A stretch of 49,001 bases of DNA, from the NCBI GenBank assembly GCA_046734515.1, contig JBKPRI010000269.1, forward strand, positions 1 through 49,001, read 5' to 3'. Positions within the stretch are counted from its first letter, which is position 1. The number at the start of each line of letters is the position of its first letter. The notes beneath the pieces were generated by a model. That model saw only the letters and a program-made list of their open reading frames with translations, ran no database searches and was not told the origin of the DNA. This DNA is from Candidatus Methylomirabilota bacterium (GTDB lineage Bacteria > Methylomirabilota > Methylomirabilia > Rokubacteriales > CSP1-6). The position numbers and the translations under genes are program-made. Below, one piece after another: positions 25,357-33,488 of the stretch.

Positions 25357-26357
25357 ACAAGCTCATCGCGCAATGCATCGCGCTGCTCGTGATCTGTTCG
25401 TCTGCGCTCAGTGCCGCGTCCGCCGCCGAGCTCGGTCTGATCACGGGCGGCGAAGGTGGCACGTACCACAGATTCGGACTCGATCTCAAGAGACTGGTCA
25501 AGGCGGACGGCATCAATCTGACTGTCCTTCCGTCCAAAGGGTCGGTCGAGAACATCTTCGCCGTCTCTCAGCGGCCCGGCGTGGACATGGGGATCGTGCA
25601 GTCCGACGTGCTGGCCTTCGTCGGCGAGCAGCCCTCCAATGCTGCCCTGAGCCACATCGCCAGGAGCATCCGCCTGGTGTTCCCTCTCTATGACGAGGAA
25701 GTCCACGTGATCGGACGACAGGAGATCCGCAGCTTCGATCAGCTGGCCGGCAAGCGGATCGCGGTCGGGCAGGAGGGAAGCGGGACATACCTGACGGCGA
25801 CCCGGCTCTTCAAGCTGTCGGACATCCGCCCGAGCGAAAGCGTACCGATCGAGGGCCCCGAGGCGCTGGCGCAGCTGAAGGCGGGCCGAATCGACGCGAT
25901 GGTCTACGTCGCCGCGGCTCCCGTCCAGCTCCTGAAGAACGGCGTGAGGGCCGCCGACGGCCTCGCCCTCATCCCGATCGTGAACACGGCGGTCCTCCAG
26001 TCGTATGCCGCCGCAGAGATTCCGACGAACACGTACGGGTGGCAGCCCACGCCCGTGAGCACCGTCGCGGTGAAGGCGATCCTCGTCACGTTCGACTTCC
26101 AGGGCGCGGAGTGCGAAAGGATCGGACGATTCGCCCAGCAGGTCGCGAGCGGCATGGACTGGCTCGCCAGGAACGGCCATCCGAGGTGGACCGCGATCGA
26201 CCTCGACTATCGCCTCGCGGGCTGGCAACAGCACGAGTGCGTGCAGAAGGCCCTCGGGAAATCCCCGCCCCAGGAATCGAGCCCGAGCGCGAGCGCGAGC
26301 GGCCGCGAGCGAAACCCCGTCGCCGATGCCGTCAAGAGCATTCTCGGCGATGACTGA
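25353..26357 (+). CDS. TAXI-family (TRAP-associated extracytoplasmic) solute-binding protein
   Basis: GTG at 25353 after AGGAGG (25341-25346), with a GTGA overlap onto the upstream stop. Signal peptide, then LGLITGGEGGTYHRFGLDL, VQSDV, VGQEGSGTY. No TRAP membrane subunit gene is present in the window. Confidence 0.7.
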   Translation: MNKLIAQCIALLVICSSALSAASAAELGLITGGEGGTYHRFGLDLKRLVKADGINLTVLPSKGSVENIFAVSQRPGVDMGIVQSDVLAFVGEQPSNAALSHIARSIRLVFPLYDEEVHVIGRQEIRSFDQLAGKRIAVGQEGSGTYLTATRLFKLSDIRPSESVPIEGPEALAQLKAGRIDAMVYVAAAPVQLLKNGVRAADGLALIPIVNTAVLQSYAAAEIPTNTYGWQPTPVSTVAVKAILVTFDFQGAECERIGRFAQQVASGMDWLARNGHPRWTAIDLDYRLAGWQQHECVQKALGKSPPQESSPSASASGRERNPVADAVKSILGDD

Positions 26358-26359
26358 GC

Positions 26360-27676
26360 CTAGAACTCGCGGAGGTGCTCCCGCAGGGTGGTGCCCGTGT
26401 ACTCGGTGCGCACGGCGCCTCGCTGCTGGAGCAGCGGGATGACCTTCTCCACGAAGGGCCCGACGTAGCCCGGCCAGATGCCCTGGCGGATCGCGAAGCC
26501 GTCGCCCCCCACCGCGTCGATGGTGCGCGCCAGCTCATCGGCCACGCGTTCCGCCGTGCCGATGTAGGGCTTGGAGTCGATGCTGACCTTGCGGGTGGCG
26601 ATGTCCCGCAGCGTCGGCGTCCGCCCGGACATGTAGAAGCGATCGAGCTGGCTGCGGATGCCCTGGATGGCTCGGGTCTGGATCGCGGCGGGCAGCGGCT
26701 GGTCGAGGTCGTAGGTCGACAGGTCCATCTGGAGCATGGTCGACAGTGACGCGAGCCCGGCCTCCACCGGCGCATTGGCGTACAGCTCGCCGGCGCGCCG
26801 CTCGGCCGCCTCGTCGGTATCGCCGATGATCGGCTTGGTCAGGAAGAAGACCTTGCACTCGTCGGGGTCGCGCCCCTGCTTCTTCACCCGGGCCTTGAAC
26901 GCATCGTAGTACTGCTTCATCTCGTCCACCGTCTCCCGGGACACGATGACGGCCTCGGCGTGGCGGGCCGCAAAGTCCTGCCCCCGGTCCGAGGCGCCGG
27001 CCTGGATGATGACCGGACGCCCCTGCGGCGACGGGGCGGCGTTGAGAGGGCCGCGCGAGCGATAGTACGTGCCCTCGAAGTCGATCGCCCGCACCTTCGC
27101 GGGATCGGCGAAGGTGTTGGTGCTCTCGTCCATGACGACCGCGTCGGGATCCCAGCTCGACCAGAGCCGATAGCACAGCTCCATGTACTCGTCGGCCCGG
27201 TCATAGCGCTGGTCGTGGTCGAGGAGCTCCTGGTACCCGAAGTTCAGCGCCTCCTCGATCTTGTAGGACGTCACCACGTTCCAGGCGATGCGTCCACGGC
27301 TCAGGTGGTCGAGCGTCGTCATGAGGCGTGCGAGCAGGAATGGCGGGTAGAACGTCGTCGACAGCGTCGCCGCGAGGCCGATGCGGCGCGTCACGGCCGC
27401 CATGATGGCGACCAGGGGACCCGGATCGTGAAAGGGCGCGTGCTCGGCGTAGCGGAGATAGGCGTCCATCCGTCCCTGGTAGGTTCCCGGCACGGCGAGG
27501 CTGTCCCCGAGCATGATCAGATCGAACTTGGCGCGCTCGAGCGCCACCGCCATGTCCTGCCACAGCTCCGGCCGCGTCCACTCGTAGCCGATCGTTCGGG
27601 GCCCCGCCCATCCGTCGAGGCCGAACCCCGCGTGCGGGCTGAACGCGCAGAACCACATCAGATGCATTCTCGTCAT
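26360..27676 (-). CDS. LLM-class flavin-dependent monooxygenase (NtaA/DszA/SnaA family)
   Basis: 438 aa. MHLMWFCAFSPHAGF..GW, RIAWNVVTS, GRPVIIQAGASDRG. Confidence 0.85.
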   Translation of the reverse strand: MTRMHLMWFCAFSPHAGFGLDGWAGPRTIGYEWTRPELWQDMAVALERAKFDLIMLGDSLAVPGTYQGRMDAYLRYAEHAPFHDPGPLVAIMAAVTRRIGLAATLSTTFYPPFLLARLMTTLDHLSRGRIAWNVVTSYKIEEALNFGYQELLDHDQRYDRADEYMELCYRLWSSWDPDAVVMDESTNTFADPAKVRAIDFEGTYYRSRGPLNAAPSPQGRPVIIQAGASDRGQDFAARHAEAVIVSRETVDEMKQYYDAFKARVKKQGRDPDECKVFFLTKPIIGDTDEAAERRAGELYANAPVEAGLASLSTMLQMDLSTYDLDQPLPAAIQTRAIQGIRSQLDRFYMSGRTPTLRDIATRKVSIDSKPYIGTAERVADELARTIDAVGGDGFAIRQGIWPGYVGPFVEKVIPLLQQRGAVRTEYTGTTLREHLREF

Positions 27677-27729
27677 CGCCGCTCACCTCACCTGCAGCGC
27701 ACGCTACCACCCGGAGATCTCCTGGGAAA

Positions 27730-27764
27730 ATCTCTGATATCGTTGCTCCTCGTTCCCTGAGGAG
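27730..27764 (+). promoter_or_regulatory. conserved 24-nt leader/promoter element, copy 1, plus SD-pairing arm
   Basis: ATCTCTGATATCGTTGCTCCTCGT at 27730-27753. CTCCTC at 27746-27751 is complementary to GAGGAG at 27759-27764 with a 7-nt loop. It contains TGaTATCGT, an extended -10-like sequence. Copy 2 is at 32353-32376, 22/24 identical. Confidence 0.45.
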
Positions 27765-27840
27765 GGTGGCGTGCTCGTGAAACCCGAGGAAGTCGGACTG
27801 TCGCCCGGGATGTTCACCGAGACGCAGATCATGCAGAGGG

Positions 27841-29085
27841 GTGTGCCTGCGCCGTACCCGCCGCTGCGTCGCGAACTGCGGACCCTGGCCTATTCAGCCC
27901 TCGTCGAATAACGGTCGGCTGCTGCGCTTCGTGGCGCTCTACGCCTTCATGTACGGCGCCTTCGGCGTGTCCTCGCCGTTCATGCCGGCGTTCTTCGAGC
28001 GCCGCGGGCTCGTCCCCGCCGAGCTCGGCGTCCTCTTTGGCGCCGGGACGGCGGTCCGGCTGATCTCGGGGCCGGTGTGCGGCCGTCTCGCCGATCTCAC
28101 CCGGAGTCGGCGAGGGGTGCTCGCGATCTGTGCGGCGATCGCCGCTCTGGTTGGCCTGAGCTTGCTCGGGGTCGGTGGGTTCTCCGCCCTCTTCGCGGTG
28201 AGCGTCCTGCACGCGGCGGCGCTGGCGCCCATCACCACGCTCGCCGACGCCCTCGCCCTGGGTGCGTCGGCCGCGCGCGCTGGAGGCGGCACGTTCGAGT
28301 ACGGCTGGGTGCGCGGCACGGGGTCGGGGGTCTTCATCCTCGGCACGCTCCTGAGTGGCCAGCTCGTCAGCGCGTGGGGTCTCGGCTCGATCCTGGTGTT
28401 GCAGGCGGCCCAGCTGGCCGCCGCCGCGGGCACCGCGATGCTCGTGCCCGCACCGCCACCGTCGAGCGCCGGGAACGACAGCATTGAACCGGCGCCGCGC
28501 GACGGGATGGCGGGGTTGCTGCACGTCGCCGCGTTTCGGCGCGTGGTGCTCGTCTCCAGTCTCGTGCTGGGCAGCCACGCCATGCACGACACGTTCGCGG
28601 TCATCCGCTGGAGTGCGGCCGGCGTCAGTCCTTCGGTGGTCAGTGTGCTGTGGTCGGAGGCGGTCGCGGCCGAGGTCTTCATCTTCTTCCTGCTCGGCGC
28701 GCCGCTCGTGAGGAGGCTTGGCCCCGGCCGCGTCATGGCGCTCGCCGCGACGGCAGGCGTGCTGCGGTGGGTCGTCATGGCGTGCACGAGCGCGGTCACG
28801 GCTCTCGTCCTCGTCCAGCCGCTTCACGGCCTCACGTTCGCAGCGCTCCACCTGGCCTGCATGCGCGTGCTCCTGGCGGTCACCCCGCCCGGCCTGGCCG
28901 CCACCGCGCAAGCGATGTACGCCCTCGGCGCTGGTGCCGCGACCGCCCTGCTGACGGTCGCCTCCGGGCCCCTGTACGCGAGTCTCGGCGGCCAGGCGTT
29001 CTTCGTGATGGCCCTGCTGTGCGCTGCCGCCATCCCCTTGGCCCTCGGGTCGCAGGTCAGCGCGATGACTCGTTCGAGCGCGTAG
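27841..29085 (+). CDS. MFS transporter (MFS_1_like / HcaT-like)
   Basis: LRFVALYAFMYGAFGVSSPFMPAFFERRGL..ELGVLFG, GPVCGRLADL, about 12 hydrophobic segments. The start (GTG at 27841) is uncertain. Confidence 0.7.
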   Translation: MCLRRTRRCVANCGPWPIQPSSNNGRLLRFVALYAFMYGAFGVSSPFMPAFFERRGLVPAELGVLFGAGTAVRLISGPVCGRLADLTRSRRGVLAICAAIAALVGLSLLGVGGFSALFAVSVLHAAALAPITTLADALALGASAARAGGGTFEYGWVRGTGSGVFILGTLLSGQLVSAWGLGSILVLQAAQLAAAAGTAMLVPAPPPSSAGNDSIEPAPRDGMAGLLHVAAFRRVVLVSSLVLGSHAMHDTFAVIRWSAAGVSPSVVSVLWSEAVAAEVFIFFLLGAPLVRRLGPGRVMALAATAGVLRWVVMACTSAVTALVLVQPLHGLTFAALHLACMRVLLAVTPPGLAATAQAMYALGAGAATALLTVASGPLYASLGGQAFFVMALLCAAAIPLALGSQVSAMTRSSA

Positions 29086-29110
29086 ACTCTTGGGGGCAAG
29101 GAGAAAGACC

Positions 29111-31849
29111 ATGCCCGGGGGCGAAGAGAGCAGGAGACTCGAGGCCGCGCGCATGGGTGACGCGCCCTGGAAGAAGTGGGGGCCGTACCTGAGTGAACGC
29201 CAGTGGGGCACCGTGCGCGAGGACTACAGCGACAACGGGGATGCCTGGAACTACTTCACCCATGATCAAGCGCGGTCCCGGGCCTATCGGTGGGGTGAAG
29301 ACGGCCTGGCGGGGATCTCCGACGACAAGCAGCGCCTCTGTTTTGCCCTCGTGCTGTGGAACGGCAAGGATCCGATCCTGAAAGAGCGCTTGTTCGGGCT
29401 CACGAACAGCGAGGGGAATCACGGGGAGGATGTGAAGGAGTACTACTTCTACCTGGACAGCACCCCGACCCACGCCTACATGAAGTATCTCTACAAGTAT
29501 CCCCAGGGGCCGTACCCCTACGACGGCCTGGTCGAGACGAATCGCCGGCGCACGCGCAGCGAGTTCGAGTACGAGCTCCTCGACACCGGTGCGATGCACG
29601 AGGATGCCTACTTCGACGTCTTCGTGGAGTACGCGAAGGCCGCTCCGGATGACATCCTGGTGCAGATCACCGCGGCCAACCGTGGCCCCGCGGCAGCCCC
29701 GCTCCACGTGCTGCCCACCCTGTGGTTCCGGAACACGTGGGCGTCCTGGGTGACCATGCCCACGGAGAAGCCGGTCCTCGAGCGAGTGGAGGGACCGCCG
29801 GGTGTGGGGACGATCGAGGCGAGACATCCGACCCTGGGCCGGTACCGGCTGTACTGCGACGGCGCGGTGCCCCTGCTCTTCACCGAGAACGAGACGAACA
29901 ACGCCCGACTCTTTCCCGCGTTTCCGAACGCGAGTCCCTGGGTGAAGGACGGCATCAACAACTACGTGGTGGATGGCCAGGCGAATGCGGTGAATCCAGC
30001 GCAGACGGGCACGAAGGCCTCCGCTCACTATCGCCTCCAGGTCGAGCCCGGCCAGTCGGCGATCGTGCGTGTGCGGCTCACCAGTCAGGCGCCGCCGGCC
30101 GACGTTCCCTTCGGCGCGGCGTTCGACGAGATCGTGGCCGTGCGCCGACGGGAAGCCGACACGTTCTATGCCTCCGTCACGCCCCCCTCGGCGAGCGAGG
30201 ACGAAGCGCGGGTGATGCGCCAGGCGCTGGCAGGCATGCTGTGGACCAAGCAGTACTACTACTTCGACCTGGATGAGTGGCTGAGCGAGCACCAGGCGAA
30301 CTACTTGCGCGGTGGCAGGAAACACATGCGCAACCGCGGCTGGTTCCACATGATGAACGAGAGCATCATCTCCGTGCCGGACAAGTGGGAGTATCCCTGG
30401 TACGCCGCCTGGGACCTGGCCTTCCACACCATCGTCCTCAACATCGTGGATCACGACTTCGCCCGTGAGCAGCTCGACCTGATGCTGAGCGAGCTGTACC
30501 TCCACCCCAGCGGCCAGATCCCCGCCTACGAGTGGAACTTCAGCGACGTGAACCCGCCGGTTCACGCTTTCGCGACGCTCTTCAACTACGTGCAGGAAGA
30601 ACAGCTCGGGCGGGCGGATGCCGAGGGTCTGAAAGAGACGTTCAGGAAGCTCCTGCTGAACTTCGCCTGGTGGGTGAACCGGAAGGACCCGGAGGGCCGC
30701 AACGTCTTCGAAGGCGGCTTCCTGGGACTGGACAACATCGGCGTCTTCGACCGCAGCGCGCAATTGCCCACCGGCGGGTCCTTGGAGCAGGCCGACGGCA
30801 CCGCCTGGATGGGCTTCTTCTGCCAGAACATGATGGAGATTGCCCTGGAGCTCGCCCGACACGACGCCGGCTACCAGGACATCGCCGCGAAGTTCATGGA
30901 GCACTTCCTGTGGATCGCTGCCGCGATGGACAGGGTCGGCCTCCACGAGGACGAGCTCTGGGATGAGGAGGACGGCTTCTTCTACGACGTCCTTCGTCTT
31001 CCCGACGGCTCGGCCCAGCGCCTCAAGACCCGCTCCATGGTCGGGTTGCTGCCCCTCTGCGCGACGACGACGATTCCTGCCGACGTGAGCACGCGATGCC
31101 CGGAGTTCATGAAACGGCTCGAGGTCTTCCTGAGCCGTCGCCGCTCCATCCTGGCCAACGTCCACCCGCCGGACGTCCCGGGCGCGGAAGGCCGGTACCT
31201 GCTCAGCGTGTGCGACGAGAAGAAGCTGCGCCGGATCCTGACGCGGATGCTCGACGAGGAGCGATTCCTCTCCCCCTTCGGTATCCGGTCACTGTCCAAG
31301 TGGCACGAGAAGCACCCCTACTCGTTCGACGTGCAGGGTCATCACTACGAGGTGAAGTACCTTCCCGGCGAGTCCGACAGCGGTCTGTTCGGCGGCAACT
31401 CCAACTGGCGCGGGCCGATCTGGCTGCCCATCAACGTACTGATCCTGCGCGGGCTGCTCCAGTTCTATCTCTACTACGGAGACAGCTTCAAGATCGAATG
31501 CCCCACGGGCTCCGGCCGGATGATGAACCTCTTCGAGGTGGCCATTGAGATCGGCCGGCGGCTGATCCGGATCTTCCTCCGCGGCGAGGACGGACGCCGA
31601 CCCGTCTACGGCGGCAGCGAGAAGTTCCAGACCGATCCGCACTGGCGCGACTACATTCTCTTGTACGAGTATTTCCACGGCGATAACGGCGCGGGACTCG
31701 GCGCCAGCCACCAGACGGGGTGGACCGGACTGGTGGCCAAGCTCATCCAGCTCGTGAACACCCTCGACGCCGAGGCGGTGCTCAAGGGGGGCGCGCGGCC
31801 GACGATGAACGTCTACCGCCCGGCCCCACCCGGCCAGCGGGCTTCGTAG
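29111..31849 (+). CDS. GH63-like glucosidase (MGH1-like glycoside hydrolase)
   Basis: WKKWGPYLSERQWGTVREDYS..GDAWNYF..ARSRAYRWGEDG, WNGKDPILKERLFGL, YPWYAAWDLAFH, GGNSNWRGPIWLPIN, GASHQTGWTG. AAGGAG lies before the ATG at 29111. Confidence 0.7.
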   Translation: MPGGEESRRLEAARMGDAPWKKWGPYLSERQWGTVREDYSDNGDAWNYFTHDQARSRAYRWGEDGLAGISDDKQRLCFALVLWNGKDPILKERLFGLTNSEGNHGEDVKEYYFYLDSTPTHAYMKYLYKYPQGPYPYDGLVETNRRRTRSEFEYELLDTGAMHEDAYFDVFVEYAKAAPDDILVQITAANRGPAAAPLHVLPTLWFRNTWASWVTMPTEKPVLERVEGPPGVGTIEARHPTLGRYRLYCDGAVPLLFTENETNNARLFPAFPNASPWVKDGINNYVVDGQANAVNPAQTGTKASAHYRLQVEPGQSAIVRVRLTSQAPPADVPFGAAFDEIVAVRRREADTFYASVTPPSASEDEARVMRQALAGMLWTKQYYYFDLDEWLSEHQANYLRGGRKHMRNRGWFHMMNESIISVPDKWEYPWYAAWDLAFHTIVLNIVDHDFAREQLDLMLSELYLHPSGQIPAYEWNFSDVNPPVHAFATLFNYVQEEQLGRADAEGLKETFRKLLLNFAWWVNRKDPEGRNVFEGGFLGLDNIGVFDRSAQLPTGGSLEQADGTAWMGFFCQNMMEIALELARHDAGYQDIAAKFMEHFLWIAAAMDRVGLHEDELWDEEDGFFYDVLRLPDGSAQRLKTRSMVGLLPLCATTTIPADVSTRCPEFMKRLEVFLSRRRSILANVHPPDVPGAEGRYLLSVCDEKKLRRILTRMLDEERFLSPFGIRSLSKWHEKHPYSFDVQGHHYEVKYLPGESDSGLFGGNSNWRGPIWLPINVLILRGLLQFYLYYGDSFKIECPTGSGRMMNLFEVAIEIGRRLIRIFLRGEDGRRPVYGGSEKFQTDPHWRDYILLYEYFHGDNGAGLGASHQTGWTGLVAKLIQLVNTLDAEAVLKGGARPTMNVYRPAPPGQRAS

Positions 31850-31851
31850 CC

Positions 31852-32334
31852 ATGCAGCCACAGGATGTGACTCGAGTGCTGAGCGATCCGCTGGCCCAGG
31901 AGCTCATGCGATCCAGTATTCCGGCGCGGCTGGCCTACGTCGGGCCCGATGGATTCCCGCGCGCGATCCCGATTGGCTTCCACTGGAACGGCGCTCAGTT
32001 CGTGCTGGGCACGGTTCCGGACGCGCCCAAGGTGCCGGCGCTGAGAGCGAATCCGAAGGTGGCCCTCACCGTCGACACGAACGCGTTCCCGCCGCACGTG
32101 TTGCTCGTGCGAGGTACGGCCGCCATCGATATTGTCGATGGCGTACCGCCCGAATACCTCGAGGCATCCAGAAAGGGTGTCGGCCCCGACCAGTGGGACG
32201 CGTTCGAGGCGCAGGTGCGCGCGATGTACAAGCAGATGGCCCGTATCACGATCACGCCGCTGTGGGCCAAGGTGCTGGACTTCCAGACGCGCTTTCCCAC
32301 TCCCATCGAGAAGCTGATCCGCCGGCCGAGCTAA
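31852..32334 (+). CDS. pyridoxamine 5'-phosphate oxidase-like (split-barrel flavin/F420-binding) family protein
   Basis: 160 aa from the ATG at 31852, 2 nt after the upstream stop. ARLAYVGPDGFPRAIPIGFHW, ANPKVALTVD, LLVRGTA. Confidence 0.6.
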   Translation: MQPQDVTRVLSDPLAQELMRSSIPARLAYVGPDGFPRAIPIGFHWNGAQFVLGTVPDAPKVPALRANPKVALTVDTNAFPPHVLLVRGTAAIDIVDGVPPEYLEASRKGVGPDQWDAFEAQVRAMYKQMARITITPLWAKVLDFQTRFPTPIEKLIRRPS

Positions 32335-32352
32335 CGGCGCGACTCGGATCGC

Positions 32353-32398
32353 ATCTCTGGTATCTTTGCTCCTCGTCGCCACTGGGACTCACGAGGAG
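32353..32398 (+). promoter_or_regulatory. conserved 24-nt leader/promoter element, copy 2, plus SD-sequestering hairpin
   Basis: ATCTCTGGTATCTTTGCTCCTCGT at 32353-32376. CTCCTCGT at 32369-32376 pairs perfectly with ACGAGGAG at 32391-32398 (8 bp, 14-nt loop). GAGGAG is the SD for the ATG at 32407. Confidence 0.45.
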
Positions 32399-32406
32399 AT
32401 CGACAC

Positions 32407-32715
32407 ATGGCTCAGAAGAAACCGACGGTGTACGAATTCATCCCCAAGCTCGGGCAGCTCCGCGACGACGTCCTGTTCGGAGACGTCTGGGAGCATCCCG
32501 ACCTCAGCAAACGTGACCGCAGTCTGATCACCGTGGCCATGCTGGCTGCGCTCTACCGGACCGACGAGATGCGGGGCCACATGCAGCGGGCGCTCGACAA
32601 CGGGGTGACGGAGACCGAGTTGAAGGGGCTGATCACCCACGTCGCGTTCTATGCCGGCTGGCCCTGCGCCGTGAACGCGGGCCGTATCGCCATCGACGTG
32701 TTCGGACCCAAATAG
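32407..32715 (+). CDS. carboxymuconolactone decarboxylase (CMD/AhpD-like) family protein
   Basis: 102 aa. FGDVWEHPDLSKRDRSLITVAML, GVTETELKGLITHVAFYAGWPCAVNA. Confidence 0.8.
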   Translation: MAQKKPTVYEFIPKLGQLRDDVLFGDVWEHPDLSKRDRSLITVAMLAALYRTDEMRGHMQRALDNGVTETELKGLITHVAFYAGWPCAVNAGRIAIDVFGPK

Positions 32716-32738
32716 TCAGCCGCGCGAGGGAGACCTCC

Positions 32739-33485
32739 ATGGCGTTTTACGAGAAGGGCCGTGTTCGCATCCACTACGAGGAGGCCGGCTCCGGCTTCCC
32801 GCTGTTCGTCATTCCCGGTGGGGGCCAGAACTCGACCATCGGCTTCATGTCGGACCGGGCGCCGTTCAACGCGATCACGGAATTCCAGGACGAGTTCCGG
32901 TGCATCACGGCCGACCTGCGCAACGCGCCGAGCGGCCAGTCCTCCGGGCCGCTCGAGATCGATCGACCCTGGGACTCCTATGCCGACGACCACCTCGGTC
33001 TCATGGATCACCTGGGCATCCGCCGGTTCATGGTGATCGGCTACTGCATCGGGGGGCCCTTCATCTGGAAGCTGGTCGAGCGCGCGCCGGAGCGGATCGT
33101 CGCCGCGGTCGTGTCGCAGCCCGTCGGGTTCCGTCGAGAATCGAATCCCATGTACGACAACAGCATGCAGACCTGGGGACCGGCGCTGGTCAAGCAGCGG
33201 CCGGACCTCACGATGGACATGATCGACAAGTTCCTGACGCGGATGTACGTCACGAACGCCGACTTCGTGTTCAGCGTGCCGCGCGACGTCGTCCAGGCGT
33301 GCCCGGCGCCCGTGCTGGTCATGCCGGACGACACCCCCGCGCACCCCTACGAGCCCGCCATCGAGTCGGCGATGCTGGCCCCGAAATCCGAGCTGACCTT
33401 CTTCCCGTGGAAGGACACGAAGGAGAAGATCCCCCTCGCGGTCCGGCACGTGCGCACATTTCTCACGGCGAACCGGCCGGCCTGA
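32739..33485 (+). CDS. alpha/beta hydrolase fold protein with Cys in the nucleophile elbow
   Basis: IHYEEAGSGFPLFVIPGGG. The nucleophile elbow is VIGYCIGGP, a G-x-C-x-G in place of G-x-S-x-G. LVMPDDTPAHP is also present. Confidence 0.7.
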   Translation: MAFYEKGRVRIHYEEAGSGFPLFVIPGGGQNSTIGFMSDRAPFNAITEFQDEFRCITADLRNAPSGQSSGPLEIDRPWDSYADDHLGLMDHLGIRRFMVIGYCIGGPFIWKLVERAPERIVAAVVSQPVGFRRESNPMYDNSMQTWGPALVKQRPDLTMDMIDKFLTRMYVTNADFVFSVPRDVVQACPAPVLVMPDDTPAHPYEPAIESAMLAPKSELTFFPWKDTKEKIPLAVRHVRTFLTANRPA

Positions 33486-33488
33486 TCC

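Noticed and set aside
24177-26357. 726-aa track ORF spanning the serine hydrolase and TAXI genes as if it were one fusion protein
   Set aside because: The upstream two-thirds is an out-of-frame shadow of the serine hydrolase gene. TAXI-like sequence starts at the GTG at 25353, preceded by AGGAGG and followed by a signal peptide.
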